A DNA stretch of 64,000 bases from NCBI RefSeq assembly GCF_963921235.1, contig NC_086097.1:203424001-203488000 (forward strand), given 5' to 3'. Shown here in pieces: positions 63,700 to 64,000 of this stretch. Under the pieces are notes generated by a model, which saw only the letters and a list, made by a program, of their open reading frames with translations, had not been told where the DNA came from and ran no database searches. Position 1 is the stretch's first letter. The number at the start of each line of letters is the position of its first letter. The position numbers and the translations under genes were made by a program. Source of the stretch: Mobula hypostoma (Eukaryota).

Positions 63700-64000
63700 T
63701 GGTTAATGAATCCACCAAATATCTTCTGGTGTGGTATACTGAGCTGCTGAGAGTTACTGGGAATCTATTGAAAAGTAAATCTAGGTTAAAAATGTCAAAA
63801 AGCATTGTTGGAGAAATTGATGATGAGGATAACTGCATACTTAATCTTCCTCCAGTTTTCCCAGGAGCATCATCTGCTCCTTCCTCCCCAAATATTCTTC
63901 TTTTTGCACTTATGCACTCAGAAATTTAAGTCTTCCCAATCACGAAGAAGTTCCAATAGGAGATGAAGATACGCAGCAATTTGGTATTCCATACTCAGCC

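Noticed and set aside
63699..63929. 76-aa ORF at the window end
   Set aside because: Starts in a LINE tail, no recognisable family, and the window edge prevents assessment.
1..64000. CRISPR arrays, operons, rRNA or prokaryotic defence systems
   Set aside because: No regularly spaced repeats, dense ORFs or rRNA motifs; the sequence is vertebrate-type repeat-rich DNA.

Overview
Eukaryotic, repeat-dense DNA, probably intronic or intergenic. The repeat repertoire (CR1 LINEs with SGNH-esterase ORF1, Rex1/Babar-type LINEs, V-domain SINEs, Penelope fragments) points to a cartilaginous fish, most likely a ray; this is an inference. I cannot identify an intact, nameable host protein-coding gene. The recognisable ORFs in the track are decayed transposon fragments. 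Best-supported structures: (1) a hAT/Buster (Charlie-like) transposon at 8046-13383, split by a CR1 LINE that itself carries a solo LTR, and by a Rex1 LINE; (2) a near-full-length IR/DR Tc1 (DD34E) element at 14516-16099; (3) Penelope-like (GIY-YIG) fragments whose terminal repeat carries a minimal hammerhead-ribozyme motif (six copies), including a young 209-bp fold-back insertion with a perfect 14-bp target-site duplication (TSD); (4) a tRNA-derived SINE with a 32-bp TSD; (5) a Harbinger-type MITE, plus Tx1, Gypsy and Harbinger relics and several non-coding retroposons with LINE tails. Candidate host exons at 843-992 (+) and 52108-53420 (-) are low confidence. Boundaries of decayed repeats are approximate.
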